Positions 9,880 to 19,587 of a stretch of 64,000 nt of DNA are shown piece by piece. Under the pieces are notes generated by a model. It was given only the letters and a program-made list of their open reading frames with translations, was not told the DNA's origin and made no database searches. Position 1 is the first letter of the stretch; every line of letters starts with the position of its first letter. Origin of the DNA: Deltaproteobacteria bacterium (GTDB lineage Bacteria; Myxococcota_A; UBA9160; SMWR01); the NCBI GenBank assembly GCA_032128115.1, contig JAQBHB010000022.1, positions 13,830 to 77,829 on the forward strand, in the 5' to 3' direction. Both the position numbers and the translations under genes were made by a program.

Positions 9880-12422
9880 CGGCGTCCCCCCACGTGATCG
9901 ATCGTTCGGGCAACCCGCTGCGCGCTCAGGTGGTGGTGATCGGCTCTGGCGCCGGTGGTGCTCTCACGGCCGCAGTGCTTGCGGAGCGCGACTACGACGT
10001 GATCCTTCTGGAGGAAGGGCCCGACGTGGACACCGAGGCCATTCCCACCAACTCCATCGAGGCGATCTCGCGCCTGTATCGCAACGGTGGCATGACGCCG
10101 ATCCTGGGCCGCCAGAGCATGGCCTACGTGGAGGGCTGCTGTGTGGGCGGTTCCACCGAGGTGAACAGCGGTTTCTGGCACCGACTGCCGCCGGACTCCT
10201 ATTACCGCTGGAAGGCCGACTACCTGCTGGACGGCTTCACGCCCGAAATGATGGAGGACTACTTCGAGCGGGTGGAAGCGGATCTCTCGGTCTCGCGCTC
10301 GGGCCGTTCGGGCGAGACCCGGGGCTCGGCGGTCCTGCGCGAGGGCATCGAGAGCCTGGGCTGGAAGTACGAGGAGGTGCCCCGCTGCCAGAAGGATCCC
10401 AGCGCCAGCGCCTTCGGCCCGGGTGTCAAGCAGTCCATGCAGCGCACCTACATCCCGCGCGCCCTGGAAGCCGGCGCGCGCATGATCCCCAACTGCAAGG
10501 TGCGCAAGATCGCACTGGAAGAGGGCCGGGCGGTGGGGGTCGACGCCGTGGTGCGCGAGGGCGGCCGCAGTGCCGACTGGCGGATCCGCGCCGATGTGAT
10601 CTTCGTGTGCTGTGGCGCCATCCAGACACCGGCGCTGCTGCGCAGGAGTGGCGTCCGCCGCAACGTGGGCAACAGCCTGCGCATCCATCCCATGATCAAG
10701 GCGGCGGCTCGCTTCGACCACGAGGTCGACGCCTACGACGCGGCGATTCCGATCTATCAGGTCAAGGAATTCTGGCCGACGATCACCCTGGGCGGCTCGG
10801 TCTTCACCCCGGGCTTCCTGGCCATGCTGCTGTCCGACAACTGGGAGGCGCACCAGGGTGCCATGGAGGGCTGCCACCAGATGGGGCTCTACCACGCGGC
10901 GACGCGGGGCCTCAACCGGGGCAGCATCCGCGTATTGCCCGGCGTGGACGAGGGCGTGGTGGTCCGGTACCGACTGAACCGCGCCGACCAGCGCAATCTG
11001 AGCATCGGATTGGCGCGCCTGGGCGAGCTGTTGTTCGCCGCCGGAGCCAAAGCGGTGTATCCGTCGCTGCGTTCCTTCCCGGTGCTCACGTCCGCCGAGC
11101 AGTGCCGCAGCTTCCTCCAGACCGACATTCCACTGTCGGCCATGAGTCTTTCCACGGTGCACGTGTTCAGCAGCTGCCCCATGGGAGAGAACCCGGACCT
11201 GTGCGCCACCGACTCGTTCGGCCGCGTGCGCGGCTTCGAGAATCTGCACGTGAACGACGCGAGCCTGATCCCCGACTCACCCGGCGTGAATCCCCAGGGC
11301 AGCACCATGGCAATCGCCCTGCGCAACGTGGAGCACTTCCTGGAGGACTCCGAGCGCAAACGCCGCCTGCCCGGGCGCCGCGAGACCCGGACGCCCCGGG
11401 CCGACGTGCTGGTCACCGGCGCCACGGGCTGGTTGGGCACCGCGTTGGTGGAAACGCTCTATGCCGAACCCGAGGCCGCGGACGCCGGGGTGCGCTGCCT
11501 GGTGCCGCGGGGCATGGATGCGAGCCCGCTCACGGCCATCTCCGACCGGGTGGGTGTGGCCATCGGGGACCTGCGCGATCCCGAGTCGCTTCGCGACTTC
11601 TGCCGCCGCGCCGAGGGCGCGACCCTGATCCACGCAGCCGGCATCATCCATCCCCGGCGCACCCGCGAGTTCGACCAGATCAACGTGGAGGGCACACGCG
11701 CGCTGCTTTCGGCGGCGCGCGACGCGGGGGTCAAGCGCGTGGTGGTGGTGTCGTCCAACTCGGCCATCGGCTGCAATCCCCGCAGCGACCATCGGTTCGA
11801 CGAGCAGTCGCCCTACGATCCGTACCTGGGCTACGGCCGCTCCAAGGCCGAGATGGAGCGCATCGTGACCCAGGCCCAGGCGGGGGGCGACATCGAAGCG
11901 GTGATCGTGCGGGCGCCCTGGTTCTACGGCCCGCACCAGCCGGCGCGCCAGACCCAGTTCTTCCACATGATCCGCCAGGGTCGCTTCCCGATCCTGGGCG
12001 ACGGCAATCAAAAGCGTTCCATGGCCTACGTGGACAACCTGTGCCAGGGCCTGCTGCTGGCGGCGAAGGTTCCGGCCGCTGCCGGCGAGATCTACTGGAT
12101 CGCCGACGAGCGCCCCTACACCATGAACGAGATCGTGGACACGGTGGAAGACGTACTCGAGAACGAATTCGGGATCCGTTGCCGCCGCACGCGCCTGCGG
12201 CTGCCGGCGATCGTGGGCGACCTGGCCCAGGCCGCCGATGGCGCCCTGCAGGCGCTCGGCCTCTACGAGCAGCGTGTCCACGTGCTCGGCGAGATGAACA
12301 AGACCATTGCCTGCTCCATCGAGAAGGCGAAGGTCGAGCTGGGCTATGTGCCGCGCTTCTCGCTGCGCGAGGGCATGGTCGCCTCGGTCCGCTGGTGCCT
12401 CGAGAACGGCCAGCACCTCTAG
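9876..12422 (+). CDS. GMC-family FAD oxidoreductase fused to an NAD(P)-dependent epimerase/dehydratase (extended SDR)
   Basis: GSGAGG, GCCVGGSTEVNSG, STVH and GVNPQ of GMC; from about 11403 VLVTGATGWLG and YGRSK (YxxxK); GTG start at 9876. Confidence 0.88.
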   Translation: MTASPHVIDRSGNPLRAQVVVIGSGAGGALTAAVLAERDYDVILLEEGPDVDTEAIPTNSIEAISRLYRNGGMTPILGRQSMAYVEGCCVGGSTEVNSGFWHRLPPDSYYRWKADYLLDGFTPEMMEDYFERVEADLSVSRSGRSGETRGSAVLREGIESLGWKYEEVPRCQKDPSASAFGPGVKQSMQRTYIPRALEAGARMIPNCKVRKIALEEGRAVGVDAVVREGGRSADWRIRADVIFVCCGAIQTPALLRRSGVRRNVGNSLRIHPMIKAAARFDHEVDAYDAAIPIYQVKEFWPTITLGGSVFTPGFLAMLLSDNWEAHQGAMEGCHQMGLYHAATRGLNRGSIRVLPGVDEGVVVRYRLNRADQRNLSIGLARLGELLFAAGAKAVYPSLRSFPVLTSAEQCRSFLQTDIPLSAMSLSTVHVFSSCPMGENPDLCATDSFGRVRGFENLHVNDASLIPDSPGVNPQGSTMAIALRNVEHFLEDSERKRRLPGRRETRTPRADVLVTGATGWLGTALVETLYAEPEAADAGVRCLVPRGMDASPLTAISDRVGVAIGDLRDPESLRDFCRRAEGATLIHAAGIIHPRRTREFDQINVEGTRALLSAARDAGVKRVVVVSSNSAIGCNPRSDHRFDEQSPYDPYLGYGRSKAEMERIVTQAQAGGDIEAVIVRAPWFYGPHQPARQTQFFHMIRQGRFPILGDGNQKRSMAYVDNLCQGLLLAAKVPAAAGEIYWIADERPYTMNEIVDTVEDVLENEFGIRCRRTRLRLPAIVGDLAQAADGALQALGLYEQRVHVLGEMNKTIACSIEKAKVELGYVPRFSLREGMVASVRWCLENGQHL

Positions 12423-12432
12423 GCGGCCCATC

Positions 12433-13470
12433 GTGAGTCAGAGCGCACTCATCACCGGCGGTTCCGGCTACTTCGGATGTCTTCTCCGCGATCGCCTGTT
12501 GGAGCAGGGCTGGAAGATTCGCGTCTTCGATCTCGTGGACGCCGACGACCGACCGGAGGCGGTCGAATTCGTGCCGGGTGACATCCGCGACGCCGCGGCC
12601 ATCCGCACCGCTTGTGAGGGTGCCGATGTGGTCTTTCACAACGTGGCCCAGGTGCCACTCGCGAAGGATCGGGCGCTCTTCTGGTCGGTGAACCTGGACG
12701 GCACCGAGAACCTGCTGGCCGCCGTGCGCGACGCCGGGGTCGGCAAGCTGGTGCACACCTCGTCCAGCGCGATCTTCGGCGTTCCGGCCCGCAATCCGGT
12801 GGACGAGAATCTCGAGCCCGTTCCCGGCGAGGCCTACGGCGCCGCCAAGCTGGCGGCCGAGCAGCGGGTGCGATCGTACGTGGAGGAGCACGGAATCGAC
12901 GCGACCATCCTGCGGCCGCGAACGATCCTGGGCCACGGGCGTCTGGGCATCTTCCAGATCCTGTTCGACTGGGTGGAGCGCGGCTGGAACATTCCAGTGC
13001 TGGGCCGGGGTGACAACGTCTACCAGTTCGTACACGCCGACGATCTGGCCGACGCCTGCCTCCGGGCCGCCGGGCGCCCGGGATTCGCGGTCTACAACAT
13101 TGGCGCCGCGACCTTCGGCAGCATGCGCGAGACGCTGGAAGCGCTGTGCCGTCACGCCGGCACCGGCAGCCGCGTGCGATCGGTTCCCATGGCGCCCGCC
13201 ATCTGGGCCATGAAGGCCACCAGTGCCTTGGGACTCTCGCCGCTCGGCCCCTACCACGCGCTCATGTACGGGCGCAGCCTCTACTTCGACATCACCCGCG
13301 CCACCCGCGAGCTCGATTGGAAGCCCGCCTGGTCGAGCGACGACATGATGTGCCAGTCCTATGACTGGTATCACCAGCATCGCGACGAGATCCAGCGCCG
13401 GACCGACGGATCGCCTCACCGTTCGGCGGTCGAGCAGGGAATCCTCTCCCTGGTGGGGCGATTCCTGTAG
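12433..13470 (+). CDS. NAD-dependent epimerase/dehydratase (extended SDR, 3-beta-HSD-like)
   Basis: ALITGGSGYFG, VHTSSS, YGAAK; GTG start at 12433. Confidence 0.9.
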   Translation: MSQSALITGGSGYFGCLLRDRLLEQGWKIRVFDLVDADDRPEAVEFVPGDIRDAAAIRTACEGADVVFHNVAQVPLAKDRALFWSVNLDGTENLLAAVRDAGVGKLVHTSSSAIFGVPARNPVDENLEPVPGEAYGAAKLAAEQRVRSYVEEHGIDATILRPRTILGHGRLGIFQILFDWVERGWNIPVLGRGDNVYQFVHADDLADACLRAAGRPGFAVYNIGAATFGSMRETLEALCRHAGTGSRVRSVPMAPAIWAMKATSALGLSPLGPYHALMYGRSLYFDITRATRELDWKPAWSSDDMMCQSYDWYHQHRDEIQRRTDGSPHRSAVEQGILSLVGRFL

Positions 13471-13486
13471 TGCCGGGCGCGCGTTC

Positions 13487-14467
13487 TTGAAGACCGAGCG
13501 CTACGCAGCCATCGACATCCTCAAGGCGCTGGCCATCGTCGCAGTCGTCGTCACCCACGCGGGCTTCTGGGACCGGGATCCGCGCTTCACGTGGGCCGAT
13601 CGCATCCTGCGGGGCTCGTGGGTTCCCTTCCAGGTGCCCGTCTTCTACGTGGTATCCGGCTTCCTCTACTACCAGGCCACTTCGATCGGCTGGCGGACCG
13701 TCGCCCAGCGGCTGCACAGGATCCTGCTGCCGTATCTGCTCGCATCGCTGGCGGTCTTCGCGCTGGGCCTCTCGGCGCCGGGAACCCCGATCGTTCGTGC
13801 GCTCCTGACCGGGTCGGCACTCGAGATCTACTACTTCATCTTCGCTCTCGCGTGCTGCATCGCGTTTCTGCCGCTGCTCTCGCGCCTTCCGCGGGCCGGC
13901 CTGGTGGCGGCGCTGGCTGCGCTGGTCGTCTACGAGATCGCGGTCCTCCGCGATCCCACGTTGCGCCTGGCGGGGCCCCTGCACCTGTTCTGGTTCCCCC
14001 GAGACCCGTTCTCCTCCTTCGCCCTGGGACTGTTCGTGAGTGGATTCCTCGCGGCCGCCGCCCTGCCGCAGATCCGCGCGTGGCACGAGCGCTGGCCGTG
14101 GGCCCTGCCGACCTTCGCCAGCCTGGCGATCGCAGTCTGGTTCGCGCGCTTCTTCGAGCTCCTGGATCTGGGGAGCTCCGTCTTTCCGGTGCGGGTGCTC
14201 TATGCCTACGGGGTGATTGCCGCCGTGGTGGTGCTCGCCGCGGGCCGTCGCGTCCCCGCGCCCATCGCGTTCCTGAGCAACGCGACCCTCGCGATCTATC
14301 TCTACCACCGCTTCGCACAGGTGCCGCTGATCGGTGTGACCCTGGATTGGCCGGCGCCACTGCGGATCCTGGTCATGACGATCTCCGGCGTTGTCGTCCC
14401 CTGCACCGCCCTGGCCCTAGTTCGGCGCGGGAGTCCCCGGTGGTCGCGGAGGCTGCTCGGAGCCTGA
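13487..14467 (+). CDS. Acyltransferase family 3 (OafA-like) membrane O-acyltransferase
   Basis: IDILKALAIVAVVVTH, VPVFYVVSGFL, RILLPY, LAIYLYH; about 10 TM; TTG start at 13487. Confidence 0.85.
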   Translation: MKTERYAAIDILKALAIVAVVVTHAGFWDRDPRFTWADRILRGSWVPFQVPVFYVVSGFLYYQATSIGWRTVAQRLHRILLPYLLASLAVFALGLSAPGTPIVRALLTGSALEIYYFIFALACCIAFLPLLSRLPRAGLVAALAALVVYEIAVLRDPTLRLAGPLHLFWFPRDPFSSFALGLFVSGFLAAAALPQIRAWHERWPWALPTFASLAIAVWFARFFELLDLGSSVFPVRVLYAYGVIAAVVVLAAGRRVPAPIAFLSNATLAIYLYHRFAQVPLIGVTLDWPAPLRILVMTISGVVVPCTALALVRRGSPRWSRRLLGA

Positions 14468-14484
14468 GGTTCGTGCGGGGCGGT

Positions 14485-15861
14485 CTAGCGGCGGCGGGAG
14501 GCGGGGCGGGGATAGCCGGGCAGGGCGGGGCGGCGTCCGGGCGGGGCCTCTTCGCGTTTCTCACAGCGAAGGATCACCTCGCTGCCCAGGATCGTGCGGA
14601 TCTCGACGACCCCGAAGCCCGCACCCGCCAGATCTCTCACCAGTCGGTGCCGGGTGAAGCGCGTGACGAAGGCCTCGCTGTTGGGAAGCAGGCGGCGATA
14701 CAACCACTCGGCCGCGCGCCAGCGCAGACGCGAACTGTCGGGAGTTCCGATCACCAGGATGCCGCCCGGGCGCAGCACCCGGTTCAGTTCCGCGAACAGT
14801 CGCACGTCGTAGGGCAGGTACTCGATCACCTTGGAGACGATGGCAGCCCCGAGCGCGCCGTCGGCGATGGGGAGCCGGTGGATGCTGCCGCGCACCAGCA
14901 GCGGGTTCGTGGCGCGCAGAAAGCGGAGTTTCGCCGGATCCGGGTCGAGGCCGATGGCCGAGGGACTCGACTGGGTGATGCGGCTCGATCCGCAGCCCAC
15001 GTCCAGCCGCGGCGCGGCGTCGCCCACCATTCGGATTACGGTGCGGAAGCGCCGCCGCTGCCAGGGGCGTTGCGGCGAGAAGGGGCTGTCGAAGGCGCGC
15101 GCGTCCGAATCGGCGGCGGTGGACGCGTTGCGCATGCGCCACAGCCGCAGCAAGGTGCGCAGGAAGTGGGGCGTGAAGCTCACCACGTCCGCGTGGGACT
15201 CGCCCGCCACCCGCGGCGCGTAGTCGAACGGGATCTCCTGCACCCGCCAGCCCAGGCTGTAGATCTTGACGACGATCTCTTCCAGGATGTCGTAAGCCTC
15301 GCTCTCCAGGGTGAGGGGCTCGAGCGCCCGGCGCTGGTAGATCCGGAAGCCACTGGACATGTCGCGCAGGGGCACCGACAGCACGCGGCGGTAGATGGTG
15401 TTCAGGGTGTGGCTCAGCAGGCGTTTGATCGAATTCATGTCGGCGCTGCCACCGGCTATGTAGCGCGACGCGATCACCACTTCGGCGTCGTCCCGGTGGT
15501 CGAGCAGCGTGGCGAGGGTCGCGGGCGGGTGCGACAGGTCGGCGTCCATGGTGACCACGTAGTCGCCGCCACTGGCCAGCAGTCCCTCTTTGAGGGCGCC
15601 GCCGTATCCGGGACGCTTCTGCACCAGCACCCGGGCGCCTGCGGCCTTGGCGGGTGCCGCCGTTGGATCGTCGGGCGACGGCACCACCACCAGCACCTCG
15701 ACCCGGTCGGCCCGGGGGTCGACGACCCGGTGGATTTCCGCCACCAGCTCGCGGATGGTTTCGCCCTCGTTCCAGGCCGGGATCACCACGGAGACAAATC
15801 CGGCCGAGCCGGTGGCGGGCGCTCGCGGGCGCGGCGGTATCAGGGACTCGGCGGGCGCCAT
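14485..15861 (-). CDS. DPM1-like GT2 (polyprenol-phosphate glycosyltransferase) fused to a class I methyltransferase-like domain
   Basis: VSVVIPAWNEG, GYGGAL, MDADLSHPP, DMSSGFR; C-terminal LDVGCGS and RVLRPGG. Confidence 0.88.
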   Translation of the reverse strand: MAPAESLIPPRPRAPATGSAGFVSVVIPAWNEGETIRELVAEIHRVVDPRADRVEVLVVVPSPDDPTAAPAKAAGARVLVQKRPGYGGALKEGLLASGGDYVVTMDADLSHPPATLATLLDHRDDAEVVIASRYIAGGSADMNSIKRLLSHTLNTIYRRVLSVPLRDMSSGFRIYQRRALEPLTLESEAYDILEEIVVKIYSLGWRVQEIPFDYAPRVAGESHADVVSFTPHFLRTLLRLWRMRNASTAADSDARAFDSPFSPQRPWQRRRFRTVIRMVGDAAPRLDVGCGSSRITQSSPSAIGLDPDPAKLRFLRATNPLLVRGSIHRLPIADGALGAAIVSKVIEYLPYDVRLFAELNRVLRPGGILVIGTPDSSRLRWRAAEWLYRRLLPNSEAFVTRFTRHRLVRDLAGAGFGVVEIRTILGSEVILRCEKREEAPPGRRPALPGYPRPASRRR

Positions 15862-15924
15862 ATCGCCAGCATAGCCCGGAGCCCGAGTTGCTCATGGTGG
15901 GGGGCGAGCGACAATGGGCGACTC

Positions 15925-17259
15925 ATGCGAATCACGGCAAGACCCGGCACGGCGAGGGCAAGACCCGGCACGGCGTGGGCAAGACTCGGACTGGCGATCC
16001 TGGCCGCGTGGGGCGGACTCGCGTGCGGCGGCGATCCGGGCGGGAAGCGTGTCCTGCTGGTGGGGATCGATGGCGCCACGCTGCGAGTGGCCCGCCCGCT
16101 GATGGAGCAGGGTCGGCTCCCGCACCTGTCCGAATTGGCCGCCCAGGGTGTATTCGGTCCCCTGCGCTCGCAGATGCCCCTGGTCTCGCCGCGCATCTGG
16201 AACTCGATCGCCACGGGCAAGAAACCGGCGAAGCACGGCATCCTGAACTTCGCGTACCAGGCCGAAGGTGAGAAATTCCGCCGCCTCTACCTGAGCAGCG
16301 ACCGCACCGCGCGCGCTCTCTGGAATATCGCCTCGGACGCAGGCCTTTCGGTGGGCGTGGTCAACTGGTGGAACACCTATCCGCCCGAGGCGATCAACGG
16401 CGTGGTGGTGTCGGACCACGTGGTTCCCAGCGAGATCCAGGGCCGCAAGCTCCTGTCCGGGGCGGAGGTTCCGCCGGGTCTCGGGCCCGTTACGTATCCG
16501 GCGGAATGGCGGGAACGCGTGGCCGAGGCGCTGTCAGATGGCGCCGCGCTCACGGGCATCGACGATCCGTTTGCCGGCGCGGCCGGCCTGCCGCATTGGA
16601 GTGAGCCGCAGCGTCTCTCCACGCACTACCGGGTGGACCAGACGGTGACGCGCATCGCCCTCGCGGTCGAGCGCGAGATTGCGCCGGACCTGCTGATGGT
16701 CTTCCTTCCCGGAATCGACCGGGTCTCCCACGTACTGTGGGGCGCACTCGAGCCCGAGAGCGTCGCCAGCAAGGCGCCGCCCTGGACCCCCGAGGAGCGC
16801 CAGAGCGCCGCCCTGGCCCTGCAGCGCTACTACGAGTTCACCGACGAACTGATCGGAAGGCTGATGGAGCGCTACGGAGACCAGGATCTCGTGATGGTGG
16901 TTTCCGATCACGGCTTCGAGTCCGGGAGCACGCTCGAGAACACCACCGGCATCCACGTCTCCAGCAAGGCACTCCACGGTCTGTTCTTCGCGCGGGGCCG
17001 CGGAATCGGGCCAGCGACTGGGCCCCCGGTCCGGGTCCTGGACGTCACGCCCACGCTGCTGGCCTGGCTTGGGCTCGCCGTGGCGGCCGACATGGACGGT
17101 GTGGTGGCGCCGTTCCTGAACGGGATCGCGGTGCGGGAGATCGCGACCTACGAGGCTGCGCCGTCCGCGGCGCCGGAGTCTCTTCCGTCGGGGGCCGAGC
17201 AGGAGATCCTGAAGCAGCTCGAGGACCTGGGTTATTTCGAACAGAGCGACGGGTCCTGA
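15925..17259 (+). CDS. Alkaline-phosphatase-superfamily (type I phosphodiesterase/NPP-like) probable lipoprotein
   Basis: VLLVGIDGAT, SPRIWNSIATG, VVSDHGF, DVTPT, LEDLGY; lipobox-like GLAC; ATG 15925 (track ORF from 13591 is over-extended). Confidence 0.85.
   Translation: MRITARPGTARARPGTAWARLGLAILAAWGGLACGGDPGGKRVLLVGIDGATLRVARPLMEQGRLPHLSELAAQGVFGPLRSQMPLVSPRIWNSIATGKKPAKHGILNFAYQAEGEKFRRLYLSSDRTARALWNIASDAGLSVGVVNWWNTYPPEAINGVVVSDHVVPSEIQGRKLLSGAEVPPGLGPVTYPAEWRERVAEALSDGAALTGIDDPFAGAAGLPHWSEPQRLSTHYRVDQTVTRIALAVEREIAPDLLMVFLPGIDRVSHVLWGALEPESVASKAPPWTPEERQSAALALQRYYEFTDELIGRLMERYGDQDLVMVVSDHGFESGSTLENTTGIHVSSKALHGLFFARGRGIGPATGPPVRVLDVTPTLLAWLGLAVAADMDGVVAPFLNGIAVREIATYEAAPSAAPESLPSGAEQEILKQLEDLGYFEQSDGS
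15936..15988 (+). repeat. 21-bp tandem repeat (about 2.5 copies) in signal-peptide N-region
   Basis: ggcaagacccggcacggcgag / ggcaagacccggcacggcgtg / ggcaagactcg. Confidence 0.85.
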
Positions 17260-17271
17260 GATGGAATCGGT

Positions 17272-18570
17272 CTACTCGGTATATCCCAGCAGCTTGAGTC
17301 GCGCCTCGTCTTCCGGAGAGAGATCTCGCGTTTCGTAGGGCGTCCGGGGCGAGAGGTCGCGGCCGAGTTCTTCCATGCGCGCCCGATGAGATGCGGCCAG
17401 CTCTGGGCGGCGCGCCGTCAGATTGCGCGTCTCGGTCGGGTCGTTGCGCAGGTCGAACAGGAACTGCTCGCCGTCGTCGCGGCGCAGCATGCTCTTGAAG
17501 GGCCCGTTCAGGTAGGTGCGATAGCGCCGCTCGGCGATGAACAGCTCCGGCTCCGCCGTCGGCGCCGCCGTCGGCTCCGCCGTCCGCGTCTGGACGCCGG
17601 CCACCTGCAGGATCAGCCGGTACAGGTCCTGGGTGCGCAGTGGCGCGTCCGGATCCGCGGCGATGGACGGCGACACCAACAGCGGGATCTCCAGGTGCTC
17701 CTGGAACGAGGGGTTGCCGTAGTGGCCCGGGTTTCCCCGCAAGGCGTGGCGTTCCTCCAGGCGCTCGCCGTGGTCGGCGGTGAAGATCACCACGGCGTCG
17801 TCCAGCAGGTGCTGTCCCCGCAGCGTGGACAGGAGCCGACCCACGGCGTCATCTACCACCCGGACGCTCCGGGCGTAGTTCTCGGCGTTGGATCCATAGT
17901 CGTGCACGTCCATGTAGTGGACGTACAGGAAGAAGTCGTCGCTCTCTCGCCGGTCGAGGGCGATGTTCACCGCCTTCTGGGTCTCCTTCCAGGATCGGGT
18001 GGGAGCGGGATTGTCCAGCGGCGCCCAGCCCTTCGCGCCAGCCGGCGCCCGGGCTCCCACCTCGGTCCAGTCGTCGAATCCGCGCCCGAATCCCGAGGGC
18101 TCGAACAGGAACTGGTTCGATGCCACCCCGATCGTCCAATAGCCCGCTTCGCGCAGACTCTCGGCCAGGGTGGGCACACTGCGCGGGATGCACAGGTCGC
18201 TTGCCTCGGCGAGCCGCGCCAGACCGCACCAGGTGTTGCTGTTCCAGGTGACCGTCTGCTTCGGGTCCCCCGACTCGAGGCTCGGTGTCATCCCCGTGAA
18301 GAGTGACGCCATGGACATGGTGGTCTGGTGAAACGATGCCAGCAGGTTGGGAAACACCTGGCCGTTCGCAGCGATGCCGTCGATGTTCGGTGTGGGTGTC
18401 GCGCCGCCGTAGGCCGACACGTGATCTCGCCGCAGCGTGTCCACCACGATCAGGATCACGCGTTGCGGTGGCCCTGGGGCGCCCCGGAACACCCACACGA
18501 GGGTTCCGGCGGCTCCGAGGACGGCCACCGCAAGCGCAAGGCGCGCGAGGGTCTTGTTCGCAGCTCGCAT
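17272..18570 (-). CDS. Sulfatase-like hydrolase/transferase with N-terminal anchor
   Basis: VILIVVDTLRRD, TPNID, HYMDVH, TADHGE, LFDLRNDPTE, LKLLGY. Confidence 0.88.
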   Translation of the reverse strand: MRAANKTLARLALAVAVLGAAGTLVWVFRGAPGPPQRVILIVVDTLRRDHVSAYGGATPTPNIDGIAANGQVFPNLLASFHQTTMSMASLFTGMTPSLESGDPKQTVTWNSNTWCGLARLAEASDLCIPRSVPTLAESLREAGYWTIGVASNQFLFEPSGFGRGFDDWTEVGARAPAGAKGWAPLDNPAPTRSWKETQKAVNIALDRRESDDFFLYVHYMDVHDYGSNAENYARSVRVVDDAVGRLLSTLRGQHLLDDAVVIFTADHGERLEERHALRGNPGHYGNPSFQEHLEIPLLVSPSIAADPDAPLRTQDLYRLILQVAGVQTRTAEPTAAPTAEPELFIAERRYRTYLNGPFKSMLRRDDGEQFLFDLRNDPTETRNLTARRPELAASHRARMEELGRDLSPRTPYETRDLSPEDEARLKLLGYTE

Positions 18571-18665
18571 GGAACTCAGGAATTCTCCGGTGGGCGTTCG
18601 CCGGCTTCGCGGGTGCGCAGAGAATATCGCCGCCGCGCGTGTGGGTATGGTAGGGTTTTGGCCTC

Positions 18666-19550
18666 ATGTTGCGAAGTCCCGAGAGGGCATCCGATCCGCT
18701 CGGATCCTTCGACCCCATCCTCGATTATTCCCTGTGGAGCCAGAAGATAGAGGCCATGGTGCGCCCTTGTGCGGAAGCGCAGCCGTTTCCGCACGCGGTG
18801 TTGCGCGACCTGCTGGCGCCCGAACGGGTCAAGCAGCTCGAGGTGGACGTGCCAGATCCGAAGGAGGGTGGCTGGACCCACTACAAGCACTTCAACGAGC
18901 GCAAGCAGGGCAAGAGCCGACGCGAAGAGTTGCCGGCCAGCCTGCTGCGCGTGATCGACGAACTCAACGGCGAGCGCTTTCGCGGCCTGCTTTCGAAGCT
19001 CACGGGCGTCGAGAACCTGCTGGCGGATTCCGAGTTCCGGGCTGGGGGCGGACTCAGCATCTGTGAACGGGGCGGATTCCTGAACATCCACACCGACTTC
19101 ACCGTGCACCCCTACCACGAGAACTGGCGCCGGCGCGTGAACCTGATCTTCTACCTGAACCACGGTTGGGACGAGTCGTGGGGCGGCCACACGGAACTCT
19201 GGGACGACGAGATGCGCGAATGCGTGGTGCGCGTTGCACCCCATGCGAACACAGCGCTGGTGTTCCGCACCGACGTGCCGTCGTATCACGGCCACCCGGA
19301 GCCCATGACCTGCCCGGAAGGGGTGGCCCGCAAGACGCTCGCGCTCTACTACTTCACCCAGGAGGAGGCGCCCGTCTCCGTCGCAACCGATTACGTTTCA
19401 CGGCCTACGGACGGGATCTTCGTGAAGGTTCTCATCCGTCTGGACCGGCTGCTGCTTCGCGTCTACCACGCGCTGAAGCGGCGCATCGGCCTGAGCGACA
19501 AATGGGCCAGTCGCATCCTCTCGTTCCTGGAAAAGATCTCACCGAGATAG
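18666..19550 (+). CDS. 2-oxoglutarate/Fe(II)-dependent oxygenase
   Basis: PFPH, IHTD (HxD), GGHTELW, SYHGH and distal R (RKTLALYY). Confidence 0.88.
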   Translation: MLRSPERASDPLGSFDPILDYSLWSQKIEAMVRPCAEAQPFPHAVLRDLLAPERVKQLEVDVPDPKEGGWTHYKHFNERKQGKSRREELPASLLRVIDELNGERFRGLLSKLTGVENLLADSEFRAGGGLSICERGGFLNIHTDFTVHPYHENWRRRVNLIFYLNHGWDESWGGHTELWDDEMRECVVRVAPHANTALVFRTDVPSYHGHPEPMTCPEGVARKTLALYYFTQEEAPVSVATDYVSRPTDGIFVKVLIRLDRLLLRVYHALKRRIGLSDKWASRILSFLEKISPR

Positions 19551-19587
19551 TTTTCGGCCTGTTCGATTCCTTCCGGTTGGAGGCACG

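Noticed and set aside
13591..15924. 1222-aa ORF 13591..17259 as one protein
   Set aside because: The 5' part overlaps the acyltransferase and lies antisense to the GT2; the recognisable protein starts at ATG 15925
8465..19550. Secondary-metabolite biosynthetic cluster
   Set aside because: No PKS, NRPS, terpene or RiPP core seen; tailoring genes sit among envelope glycosyltransferases
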